Shown one piece after another: positions 27,076 through 39,545 of a stretch of 64,000 nt of DNA. Made by a program: the position numbers and the translations under genes. Where the stretch lies: contig OZ024740.1 in the NCBI GenBank assembly GCA_964016885.1, forward strand, positions 230,888,001 to 230,952,000, in the 5' to 3' direction. A model generated the notes under the pieces. The model saw only the letters and a program-made list of their open reading frames with translations, was not told the origin of the DNA and did no database searches. Every line of letters begins with the position of its first letter. Positions within the stretch are counted from its first letter, which is position 1. Source of the stretch: Eledone cirrhosa. Its lineage: Eukaryota.

Positions 27076-27107
<32 letters not shown>

Positions 27108-27169
27108 TACATATATATTTGTTTTGTAAGTTTTCGATATGAAATCATGTGTTGAAACAAATATTGTTA

Positions 27170-29657
27170 TATTTGGGGAGAGTCATATTGTTATAATATT
27201 GCCAGAAATAATAATAAAACACACTCACTCTTTGGTTTGGATTGGTTTTCGTTTCTGTATATTTTATATGCCTGTAGTTAATTTGGCTTACAATCAATGT
27301 TTATCATTGATTGACCAACGGTTAAAAATATAGATATAAATATTTATATATATATAGTCTATCAAAGTTACTTCATCACACACCTGTGACATCATCAGTG
27401 GTACTGTTATGTTTCCTCTACTGTTATTGTAATCTCTATTCCATTTTTAATTTTTATTTATTTATTTATCCTTGTCTCTGTTTGCACATGCATTTGTGTC
27501 TGTTTGTATTCTATCTTTGTTCACTAGTGTGGTTGTTATTGTACTTGTGTATATTTATATTTATCTTATGTCTCTATCGTGTTTGTGTATGGTTGTTGTT
27601 CTATTCAACTTTAGTTTTCTTAAATCTATTTCAGTTGCTTCTCTGATTTGCTTACCTGTTGAGTCATTCCTATGTTTAGATATTATTTAAATTTCTATGT
27701 TGTCTGGCATGTTCATATAGTGCCGAACTGTCTTTTTGTCCTTTTAGTTCACCCCAGTGTTGGTCTGTTCTCTCCCCTATGTATGTGTCATGTTTTTGCA
27801 AGTACCCTCTGTACATCTTATGCTATAGATTACATTTCTAGTTTTACAATATATTTGTGGATTTATTCTACATATAAAACATTTCTTATTAGTACAGTGG
27901 GATTTTATGGCAGTTCCTGGCTTTTCTACCACTTTAATCTTTAAATGCGTCTTTCTTAGGGCCTTCCTAAATTGGTTAGCTAATTCACTTCCAGGGGTTG
28001 CATCCACGAGGATGACACTCCGGTATCTCTGGTTGCCGTACCATGAAGTGGCTTTCCTTATCTTATGCTTAGTTCTATCTATGCTATTCCATGATTTGCT
28101 CCTGTACAATGGACAAATCCCTTTTATGCCCATCTCTAGGAGGGTCTTATATTTCTCTGTGGCTCCATTGTACACCCTGATTCTGTCTCTTTGGTTGTAG
28201 CCAGAGAACTGCATGCGATTGATGAAGTGTTGTATGTGTCTTTCCAGTTCAGTTGGATCGCACATGCGAGACACATTCTTCATCACGCTTACCAAGTCTG
28301 CGATCAGAATATTAAACTTAACACTATTGGACATCGCTAAGTTTTTGTGTGTAATATATTTGGCGGCCATGGGTTTATCATAGTGTGAGTGGAGAATTTG
28401 GATTTTCTTGTTTATAGTGTTTAACCATAGTTCAGTATCTAATACTGGTAGTCTATTGTTAGGGTGTTTGGAAGGGTAGTCGATAGTTAGTCATACTCTG
28501 TTGTATGGAGTTAGCTATCTGGTGGATGTTCTCCATTGTGGTGGTTTCTAATTCAGGTTTATTGGTACTCTCTTGTGGGGATGTTTATTACATTGATATC
28601 ATCTACGTAACGAGAGTACATGACGAGGGCTATGGGATTATCTTCTAGGAGTTCTCTGACTCTCCTTTCTCCCCATACCATAAATAGGTTGGCAACATCA
28701 CCAGCTATGCTGATGCCAATGGCTGCTCCCACATCCTGAATGTAAATTTTCTCATTAAATTTAAACGTGGCCCTTTAGGATAGTTTTAATACTAACCCCT
28801 ACTGCATGTGAGATCATTTTTCTCACCTTATCGTTGTTCTTGGGTGTCCGTATGGCTTTGGCCCATCCATTCCATCTTCTTATGGATGTCTTTTAACCAT
28901 TGAAGTTATGGTGGGGGGTTCAACACTTATTGGCCTACTGGGGCAGAAACTGCTAATGTCATAATTATTTAAGTACTCACTGTCACATGTAAGTCTAAGT
29001 AGGAGGCCCAGACCAACACTAGGGTGAACTTAAAGGACAAAAAGATGGTTTGGTACTATATGAACATGTCAGACAAAGACATGATGGTAATATAGACAAC
29101 ATAGAAATGAAAATAATATTAAAACATAGAAATGACTCAACAGGTAGACAAATCAGAGAAGCAACTGAAATAGATCTCAGAAAACCAAAGTTGAACAGAA
29201 AAAATGAATGGACCAACAACAACCATACACAAACACACAATAGTGACCTAAGATAAAAATATTCACAGGTTCAATAACAACAACCATACATAAACACACA
29301 ACAGTGAACAAAGATAGAATATAAACACACGAACGCATGTGCAAACAGACAAGAATAAATAAATGAATTTTTAAAAAATGGAACAGAGATTACAATACAA
29401 CGGGAGGAAACATAACAGTACCACTGATGATGTCACAGGTGTGTGATGAAGTAACTTTGATAGACTATATATATATATATATATAAATATTTATATCTAT
29501 ATTTTTAACCGTTGGTCAATCAATGATAAACATTGATTGCAAGCCAAATTAACTACAGGGTTATAAAATATACAGAAGTGAAAACCAATCCAAACCAAAC
29601 AATGAGTGTGTTTTATTATTTCTGGCAATATTATCACAATATGACCCTCCCCAAATA
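27170..29657 (-). mobile_element. Penelope-like element (RT + GIY-YIG, degraded) with ~600-bp inverted terminal repeats
   Basis: RT motifs on minus strand (GAAIGISIAGDVANL, YSRYVDDI) at 28600-28740; ORF 27777-28370 ...CKTRNVIYSIRC; 27170-27765 is the reverse complement of 29010-29657; CTGATGA-T-GTCACA..TGTGAT-GAAG hammerhead remnant in both repeats. Confidence 0.88.
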
Positions 29658-29813
29658 TATATATACATAGATACACATATACGCACACACACATATTTAT
29701 ATATACATATATTAGCTGTATATATATATATATACATACATGTAACAGCTGTGTTAGATTGAGAAATAAAATTCTTAATTTATATACATACACATATATA
29801 TACACTCACACAC

Positions 29814-29846
<33 letters not shown>

Positions 29847-29881
29847 TATATACACATATATATATATATATATATACATAC

Positions 29882-29921
<40 letters not shown>

Positions 29922-29997
29922 ATATATATACACATATATATATATACACATATATATATATACACATATATATATATACACATATATATATATACAC

Positions 29998-30030
<33 letters not shown>

Positions 30031-30080
30031 CACATATATATACATACATATATACATACACAAAGATATATATATACATA
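29655..30080. repeat. (TA)n/(TACA)n compound microsatellite; similar tracts at 6460-6610, 9230-9330, 9625-9830, 26798-27120, 55300-55430, 57165-57300, 58128-58335, 58984-59255
   Basis: Direct inspection; source of the spurious Y/I/V/C/M-rich ORFs. Confidence 0.95.
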
Positions 30081-32949
30081 GTTTGTGCATGATGTGAGAA
30101 AATGACAACTTGTAAATTATTCAAATGTAAAAGTAATGGTTCAAAGTTAAATAGACATATAAAAATAATTATAACATTGTTTAACCAGAGATTTAAGTAA
30201 CCCCTGGCACAAAACACTTAATCTAGCAAATGTGCATGTTAGTTTGGGCTCAAAAGATCTTTACACTTTATATTAGCAGCAAGATCTTCCAGGTTGATTA
30301 TGAATGGTGTTTACCAAATCCCAGTGGCAACTGTAGTAGTCATCTAACTACTACAAACATACTAGGAATAGCCATAAAATAACTAACAATTATATGAAAA
30401 AGAAACAATGAAATAAGATAGAGAACATCTCTTGGAAAAGAACAATGCTGCTGTAGATTGTTCAAAGCCATATCAGCACTTCATGTCATTTAAATGAATG
30501 AGGAAACATTTTTTTATCAATTAACCAATATCTTTTTAGGCTTTGAGCAAAGACTAGTATTTGTTAAACTGGTGTTTCAGTAAAAATACGCACCTGATTG
30601 TCATTTAAATTGGTGAGTGCCCAGGGTTTGATATCGCTTGTTGCTAGCAGTCAATAGGAAGTGTCTCAATAATAAGTTGCTTCTTTCTGTGACCAATAAA
30701 TATTTTGGAAACAAAACTATTTCACTATGAACAGAACATGTTGGTAAACATAGCTACTTGAGACAGCTGTTAGGAATGTGGAAGGTAGTATATAGACTGA
30801 AACAGTAAAATGACTGAATTCATTCTCAAAATAAAAGTGAAAAGGATCAGAACAAATTCAACTACAGACACTGCCTCTAATTATACTGTACTTTTATTTT
30901 TATTTTATCTTATTCTATAAGTCTAGCTATCAGGTTAAAGCTACCTAATTTTAAGAATAACACCACTTTTTAAAGCCAGCTGCAAACAACAATCATTTGA
31001 AAGTATTTTTAAGAAACAATGTTGAATCTTTCAACTTTGTATTTCACTTTTTTCCTGTGGGACCCTCTGATTAGTAGTTAATTTCAGAAACTAATAAATG
31101 AGAAATTTTATGTTACTTACACATATGTCCATATAAAAATTTCTTGTCTCTTTCTTTCCTCTCCTTCTTAGAATATTTAAAAAATAAATTATCTCCTAGC
31201 AAGATAGAAAAAATCTCAAAGTGTTTAAACCCAAAGAATTTAACAAGCAAGAGAAAAAAAAATATATATATATAAAGACAAAAAAAAAAATGCACTCTTT
31301 AAATATAAACTAATATATTTAAAAATGAAAATGATTCCTTTAACCTAAATAATAGCTGGTCCTTAAATATATATTTAATTCAAATGAGAATTTGAAAACA
31401 GCTGGGGAAGGTAACTGAACAAATTGAGGTGTGTATGATCCTTTTGGAAAATACCATATTTAGGAAGGTCTAGTTTTTCTTTTTGTTTTTTAAATCGATT
31501 CCAGTTAACCAAATTTTATATTCAAAATGAAAAGAAAAATTCAACAAATTTAATTTGGGGAATTTAATTTTATCGAATAAGGAAGAATTATTTTACTCCA
31601 TTTAATAAACATTTTAATAAGTACCTTAATAAATTGCAGGTGGCATAAGATATCTTTATTGAATTCTTCAGATATTAATATTACTTTAAATATAAGGTAC
31701 TATATTTATTAACCAAACTATAATGTAAAAAAAGAAAAGAAAAAAAGCAAACGGCCAGTAATATATATTTATATATATTAAGACAATTCATATGTAGAAA
31801 TAATAAAATTGTGAAGCCGCTTTATCAATCAACATAGCTACAATATTCTACAGCATGACGAATAATACCATGTTAGAATTATAAAGAAACGAACAAGGAA
31901 GTACTGAATGAGGGTATTTCTAATTTATGTGACTAATGAAACTGTTTTAGTATCTTTAGCTTCTACGATATCATAACCATTTCTAATATTATGAACTGTG
32001 CAGTGTGTTAGAACGATGAAATTCAGTAATTACACAGCAGACATTTTCGATTAAATGAAATAACGCCTTTTTCTTTAGCACCTGGCCGAAACTGTTGAAT
32101 CGTGGGTTTCGAGCCATTACACGCTGACTTCTGCTGCACCGAAATGTTAATTTTTGATTTGATGCACGTTACGCAATCACTTCATCGCTATTGTGTCATA
32201 TTTTCAGAAAGGCAACCTTGTTTATTAAAAAAAACACAAATACTACTTTGAAAATAAGCAATGTAAGATGTAGTTTTAATAATGTAAGCAAGAATATAAG
32301 ATGGATGAAATCACAGGAAGAAAAAGAATCTAAGTGGGTGCTGGCAATCAAGAAATGGAGGGATAGACCCTGATTCTAACCGGAAATCAATGGAGTTTCG
32401 AAGCCTTGGATTTTTGTGTGGGTTGTAATATTCCTTTAACAATGTGGACTAAGAACAATGGAGCAAATGTGTGTTCGTTAATGAGTAAGTGACGTATAAA
32501 CTAGTTAAATATAACTATTATCCACACTAGGTTTACGTAATCTAACGTTTAAAACAGTGGCAGCTGTTATTTCCTCTTACAATTAGGTTAAACTACGTAC
32601 ACGACGAAATGAATTAAAAGAATGAAATATTTAAAAAAATAAAATAAAAAAAAATACGTCTTCTTATAGAAATATATAATCAAATAATTGTGTATAAAAA
32701 TAAATTTACCTATAATTAACTTCAATATACCTTTTTTTTGTTTCATTCAAGTCGAAAACTCAACATAGGTATAAATTGAGTAGAAATTTCTTGATATTTA
32801 AAGCATCACATTTCATTCACTACCTCAGGTGTACTATAGTTAAGACGACCATAAAAATAACTGTAAGCAAGAACAGAGAAATAGACATAGGCTCGTAAAT
32901 ATAATTAAAACGTTCCACAAGCAAAGTAGTTAATTATAGAACATTCTTC

Positions 32950-33733
32950 CATGAAAAATTGGCTTTCTCTAATGTACCATATATATATATATATATATAT
33001 ATATGTATACATACATACACACCACACACAGGATAGAACGACATCGACACCAAACTGAAACGACGACGATGATAACAAAGATGATGGTGATGAAGATGAT
33101 GAGAATATTTTAAAAAATACAAAGCGAATTCTTCTTCTAATATATAACTAAAACTGTAGCAATTTAACAGAGACTCTTTTCTCTAATGTACCACATATAT
33201 ATATCTATATATACACACCACACTACATACAGGATAGGAGAACGACGTCGACATCACACCAAAGTGAAACGACGACGATGATAACAACGATGATGAGGAT
33301 GAGAAAATAAAAAAAAATACAAAGCGAATTATTCTTCTAATATATAACTAAACTGTAGCAATTTAACAGAGACTGGCTTTGCTCTCATGTACCATATATA
33401 TACACACAGGATAGATGAACGATATCGACATCACACCAACGAAAGTGAAACGACGACGATAAGATTATTTTTTCAAAAAATACAAAGTATATGTTAGAAG
33501 AATAATTCACTAAACTGTATCAATTTAACAGAAACTGGCTTTTCTCTAATATACCATACCATATACACACCACACCACACACAGGATAGGAGAACGACAT
33601 CGACATCACACCAACCAAACTGAAACAACGACAACGACGATGATAACGACGATGATGAGATTATTTTCAAAAAATATACAAAGGGAATTATTCTTCTAAG
33701 ATACAACTAAACTGTATCAATTTAACAGAGACT
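32950..33733. repeat. Minisatellite-like tandem array of about four 160-200-bp units
   Basis: Unit aactgtagcaatttaacagagac...aggataggagaacgacatcgacatcacaccaa...gacgacgatga...aaaatacaaagcgaattattcttctaa, restarting near 33152, 33351, 33513, 33710. Confidence 0.9.
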
Positions 33734-33756
33734 TATTTAAACGTAGATAACTGACC

Positions 33757-33862
33757 TTTTTTTTCATATAATATAAAATAAGTTATATCCAGCGTGACTC
33801 GCCAAGCATTTGAACAATGTCTATATCTAAATCTGGCGGAGGGGAATTCCACATTGGAAACG
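33757..33862 (-). promoter_or_regulatory. Candidate TRAF 5' non-coding exon/promoter with an NF-kB site
   Basis: Minus-strand donor AAAG/gtcagt near 33756; GGGGAATTCC (33841-33850) fits GGGRNWYYCC; AP-1-like TGACTC at 33795; locally GC-richer island. Confidence 0.4.
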
Positions 33863-34239
33863 AGGCAGTTTAAACTAGACATCAACAATGCTTGGCTTGG
33901 ACCAACGTTGTTTTCGAAAAATGACCCTCATTATATTATACTATATTAATTATATTACATTATATTATGTATTAGCACCTATATTTTACTTTACAAGAAA
34001 AAAAAATTATATATATATATAAACGAGGCAATATATAACTAAGACATCAACAATGTTGAACCAATGATCCTCATTTATATTATATTATATTAGCAAGCAT
34101 CTATTTTATTTTTCAAGAAATCTATCTACAACTGTGTGTGTATATATATATATATATAAGTAGATGTTGTTGAAAACTGAGAGAAAAGAGTACTTAATAC
34201 CGAAGTAGAGTTTTAATATTCATTTTATTAAATTCCTCT

Positions 34240-34370
34240 CTGATGACACTGATAAACAGGCAAGCTAAATTCCAGAATAACAAGATACTATTTAGCCAAA
34301 ATAAAATGAATATATATATACATTTTATTTTGGCTAAATAGTATCATTTTGCCTGTTTATCAGTGTCATA
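34240..34370. repeat. Imperfect fold-back palindrome beginning with CTGATGA (hammerhead-like remnant)
   Basis: tgacactgataaacaggcaa...gatactatttagccaaaataaaatg / cattttattttggctaaatagtatc...ttgcctgtttatcagtgtca. Confidence 0.7.
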
Positions 34371-34803
34371 TATATAAACGTTTGTTGTCACAATTACTTG
34401 TTTCATTATTGAGGTTGACTTTGCCTTTCATCCTTACGGGGTCGATAAAATAAAGTACCAGTAATACACTGAGTGATTGCTGACCTTGTGCCTAAAGTAG
34501 AAACAATTATTATATATTAATTTTTCTCGAAAATTGGTCATGCATTAAAATTTATCTCCCTCGATGATGATTTCGTATATTTTGTATCTTTATTAATATT
34601 TTTTTTAGTGCTTTCACTTTCAGTTTGCTTTTTTTAAACTAATATTTTCTCTCTTCTCACACACATTATATATATATATATATATATATAAAGGGAGAGA
34701 GAGAGAGGTCCCTACCTCTCTCCCTTTATGAAAAGATCCGAAATATTTAAATAAATAATTAATTGGCTAAAATATATAAATACAACATTATTTAATGCAA
34801 CTA

Positions 34804-34990
34804 GGGCGGTGGATTGGCAGTATCGGTAAGGGTCGGACGCCATGCTTTGAAGCATAGAGTTACCTCCCTTTATGATCTGAGTTCAAATCCCGCCGAGGTT
34901 AACTTTGCCTTTCATCCTTACGGGGTCGATAAAATAAAGTACCAGTAATGCACTGGAATAATTGCTGGCCTTGTGCCAAAAGTAGAAACA
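34804..34990 (+). mobile_element. Young short Meta-domain-like SINE with 17-bp TSD; similar copies 47760-47945(-), 48470-48650(-), 52186-52359(+), 55430-55617(+), 43530-43685(-)
   Basis: TSD attatttaatgcaacta at 34787-34803 and 34991-35007; A-box-like tggcagtatcgg, B-box gttcaaatcc. Confidence 0.87.
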
Positions 34991-35070
34991 ATTATTTAAT
35001 GCAACTAAATTACGACAACTAAATCAATATCGAATATGATAATAGTAATAATAAGTGAATGAATACATAT

Positions 35071-35121
<51 letters not shown>

Positions 35122-35776
35122 TAACATACATAATACAATTACATTTGACTAACAGATCAAGTATTACGGAATACGAAACGATGGCTTTAATCCACACAAG
35201 CAAGCCTCCTTTCGGAAGCATGTAAAACAGCATGATTTTCAGTTTGATGTTAACTGAAAATGCTGTCTTCGCTGCTAGTTTAGGTTGAAGAAAACAGCAG
35301 CAGTTTATTTAGTGTATTTGTCCAACATAATTTAACTCCGTTGTTTCATTTGATATACATATATATATATATGTATGTTGCCAATAAATACAAAAACGAT
35401 ATATATATATAGTTATGCTTTGGGAGGGTCATGTTGCCAATAAATACAAAAACGATATATATATATATTATATATATAATATATATATATTACAGAAAAT
35501 AGATTGAAATAGGTTGGTCTTTTTTTTTCTTTCTTTTTAAACATGCATAAAAATGAAACTCGCGGCTGGTATTTAAATATAAAAAATATGTAATCGGCAT
35601 ATTTAATTCGAATGAATAGGAATTTCCTTAGGAAAAAAAAAATTCTGTCCCATTCTCCATCTTGATAATCTTAAAATTTCATAGAATCTTGCGAGGACGG
35701 GATTGTGTAATTGTACTGTGTTGTGTGACGATTTTGTCTTTTATTTCAATATTACCACACACACACACACACACAC

Positions 35777-35813
<37 letters not shown>

Positions 35814-36394
35814 CATACATATATACACACATAAATATATACATACACACAGGCGCGTGCATGATGAACCAATTCTACTATCGTTCAAATATTGTGAAAT
35901 CTAAATACAGTATAAGGTGATCCATAGAATTATATATATATATTATATACTACTGCCATTAGTCTAACGAAATATATTTTGCATTTTTTAGCCTTTGCAG
36001 CTTGAAATTTATAATTTAAAGAGAGAGAGATAATATCTTAGTAAATTCCTCTCTCCTTATTCTCAGCAAAGAATTTTCTCGAATTTGAGAATATGCTGTG
36101 CTCTGCATGATTAACAAGCGAGACGATAAATGAAAGTGTCGTCATATTAAGTTGCATAGCTACTGGTTAAGCACACCTATGTGTCATTAAAGGTTTTTCA
36201 GCTTTGAATAACTTTTTTTCTTTTATTGCAATTAATGTGCCTCGCCCTCTTTTAAAGACGATTAATGTAGGGCTGGTGTTTGTAGAGGCTCCTCCATACA
36301 ATGTGAATTTGATATTTAGAACCAATCTGTCGGTCGGTTTAACACCACACACTGGTTCTATGTACCAGAGTGGAATCCAATTTCGGACTAGGTC

Positions 36395-36629
36395 TCAGAG
36401 TGACAAGACAATCTTGAAATAATGCTTCCTTCTGCAACAACCCACCAGCCCTTTTCCCCCACCTACTTTTAGCCGTAGAGGCCTTGCGAAGCTCAAGATA
36501 CTGACCGTACTCTGGCAAATTCATAATATAATAATAATAATAAAAAAAAAAAAAATCAAATTAATACAATGAGAGAGAAAGAAAGAAAAAAGCGAGGGGA
36601 CATACGTTGAAAACTTGCCGCCGCAACAT
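36395..36629 (-). CDS. Spliced 46-aa microprotein/uORF: MLRRQVFN-STVSILSFARPLRLKVGGGKGLVGCCRRKHYFKIVLSL (PRL/PTP4A-uORF-like)
   Basis: ATG at 36629; exon 1 36629-36606; donor AAC/gtatgt; 94-nt intron with pyrimidine-rich body; acceptor ttgccag; exon 2 36511-36395 in frame to TGA; GC-richer than flanks; AATAAA at 36222-36227. Confidence 0.72.
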
Positions 36630-38280
36630 GTGGAAAGTTAAAAAGTAAACGTTCCGTATCTCTTATGGAGTTGGATTATTACTGAAGATTTGGCTTGGTG
36701 TATAAAAGGATGCCTTTACCAAAGACATAACAGAAATTGGATTTATCACTGAAAGCTAAGAGATGTTATTACATTGCTTCCGTTTAAGGTGTTCAAATGT
36801 ACTTCCTAAATGAACTTAATGCTTAAAAACAAAGAACCAAGAACAAAAACCTGTGAACATTACGCATGTGCCTTCGGCAAAGACACCCTGAGTAATATTA
36901 GTGAAAGAGGTAGAGATTGTCGTTACTACCGCCAGCAGTTTATCGACTGGATAGATAGATTTCGATTATCGCAACACACGTACTCTTCAGTAAGGCAGGC
37001 AGCATTATCACGAGTTTTCTCGTTCGATATGTTATTTAAAATATTGATTTCTTAAACGTTGAAGAGGATAATATAAATAAATAAATTGAAAAATAAAAAA
37101 TAAAAAAATTGCTCATTAATTATCAAGACTTTAAATGAATAACTAAATATCTGATAGATATCGTCAACAGAAAAAAAAACAAAGAAAACTTCATGAAACC
37201 AACAAACATTTATTTTTGTAAGATATAAGTTGGCCTGAAGGAAGCAGGAAAAACTGCAAACAATTGATTCTTTTGTTCAATCTATATTAAGCGCAAGTTG
37301 TGTGAAACAAAAATGTTCCTATAGTGTGAATACTGACAATCGTCTCTCCTTTCCTTTCACTGTGACGTTAGATATCGAACACACAGACAAATGCAGCAAA
37401 TTCTGCTACTGTTCACTGCAGTGAGATGTGTATTCTGTTGGTTTGATAGCTTAATGCGAGTGAACGGAAGGGGAAAAAAGATGCTGCTTGTTTTGTCTAT
37501 TCAGACAACCCCTTAAACTTGGACGGCTATAAATATACATTTTATTCATCCCCCTCTCCCACTCTCAGATCCGATAGTTTTATTTTATATTTTATTTTTT
37601 TTAGAATAAATATCCCAAGCCGACACAAATTGAATATTGATAAATTTAAAACAGAAATCCTTCCATCCCCCGCCATCATTCTCAATTCTTATCCCTAGTT
37701 AACTAAATTTGGAATATAGTAACAAGGGTGGATCTGAGGAGCTCCCAAACATTCAACCGGGGAGAACCATTTCCTGCCGATTTCTTTTAAAAAACATTGA
37801 TGACACCAGTGTCGGATTATGTTAGTGGAGGGACTATAGCATAAATATTTATATATATATATATACACACACACATATTTACAGAGAGAGAGAGAGAGGC
37901 TTTAAATTCAGCGCGAGGGCTGTCATAAATGCTATTAACTCAAGCTGGTACTGGTGTTAATATCCATAGGGATATCTTATAGCAAGATTAACTGCATGTC
38001 GAAATGACTCCATATATTGACGATCCTATATCAGAAGTAAGCTTTACCTTTCATCCTTTCGTAATCGATAAATAACGTACCAGTTTAGGGAGTTGGGGTT
38101 GGCGGGATTGCTTTGCGGTGTCGGACGGTATGCTCTGCGGTATCTGATCTAGTTCTGAGCTTTCTGAATTCAAATCCCACTTTTTCTACCTAAAATTGCA
38201 TCTAGCAGATGGAATCAGCTACGGACAGACCACTGGAATGATTATTTTCTTGGTCCGATTTAACGATCGGCGACCCATTC

Positions 38281-38332
<52 letters not shown>

Positions 38333-39379
38333 AGATCAAAAGATGGTTAAAGGACTTTTGATCTTATATTATGCATACTCCAGTCCCACAAACTGTAGAG
38401 TGCTTCTTATCCGATATCTGCATTGCTTTATTGTACTACAATAAAACTCACCTCCTACATATATATATATATATATATATATAGATAACCCATGCTATAT
38501 TGATACAACACTAAAACTTAGCTAGGTAGCTAGAGTATCAAAAATACTATAAAAAATTATGGTTATCACTGATAACATTTTATACTACCCTTGGATGGTG
38601 GCGAATTGGCAGAGTTGTTAGAAAGTCGGTAAAAGGCTTTCTAGTGTTCGTTTTGGCTCTCTGCTCTCCGTGTTCAAATCCTGCCAAGGTCAACTTTGCT
38701 TTTCATCCATTCGAGGTCAACAAAAAAAAAAAAAAAGTACCAGTCTAGTACTGGGGTTCATTCTTCCTCTATATCTTTTCTCACTCATTTTTCTCTCCTT
38801 CTCTGGAAGAAATTTGCTATATTCAGAACTAGAGAGGAGATGGGCTCCACCAGGTTTTAAAATGTCTTAGAAACACCGTATGTCAATATGGCACCCCTAC
38901 GATTCCTTCTGGAGTTACAGGACCATATATGCATACTTCCATTATCAAACAGATTTTTTTTTAAAGGTCACTGAATGTTCAATGTATAGAACCGGATGAT
39001 CATGGTAGGAACGCCTTTCATTATGTGTACTCGATCAGAAATGACTTGGAGTTAACACAACACAAGTGAATCGATACTTTGAAACGTTAAGAAGTTTAAA
39101 TGCTTCGTATAAAATTACTTTAAATTTCAAGTCGGTTTATAATTCTCTTTATTCACAGACTTTTTTTTTAAAAAAAAATAGAAACCGTTATAAATGTTCT
39201 TTGATATTTATCATCATTAAAAAAAAAAAAGAAAAAACATTTCAGGTTATTACAAATCAAGATAAGAACCACACAAAACTTTGAGCACTGCTTAACTTTT
39301 CAGAAAATGCGCATTGCCGATATTGCAAATTGCTTAAAAGGTAGTTAAAGTTTCTGTGCTAACTGCTGAAAAACTCGCG

Positions 39380-39545
39380 AGCAAAACCAACTGGCAGGAG
39401 CACCAGGGGTAGATCTCGAGCAAGATGGTTTGATAACATCCATGAGCTTAGCTGATCAGGCTTTGCTATCCAGTCGGATCAGTTGGAAACGATTGCTTCT
39501 GACAAGACTCGCTGGAAGGAATGTTTGAGGACTCCCCCCCCCCCC
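39380..39545 (+). mobile_element. RTE-like LINE 3' fragment; inverted related copy at 40020-40195
   Basis: KPTG...RGRSRARWFDNI...SDQLETIASDKTRWKECL versus SDQLESVASDRTRWEECL. Confidence 0.65.

Noticed and set aside
26696-27160. Long Y/I/V/C/M-rich ORFs, also near 6429, 9532, 29759-30217 and 40945
   Set aside because: Translations of microsatellites
32950-33733. CRISPR-like periodicity
   Set aside because: Whole units are homologous, with no unique spacers or cas genes, in a eukaryotic context
36339-36524. ORF containing SRWGKR, resembling an amidated RWamide neuropeptide site
   Set aside because: No signal peptide and only one site; its ATG lies inside the predicted intron and it is an alternative frame of the spliced 46-aa ORF
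36701-36708. TATAAAAG box near the microprotein ATG
   Set aside because: It is on the opposite strand to the ORF and no plus-strand gene follows
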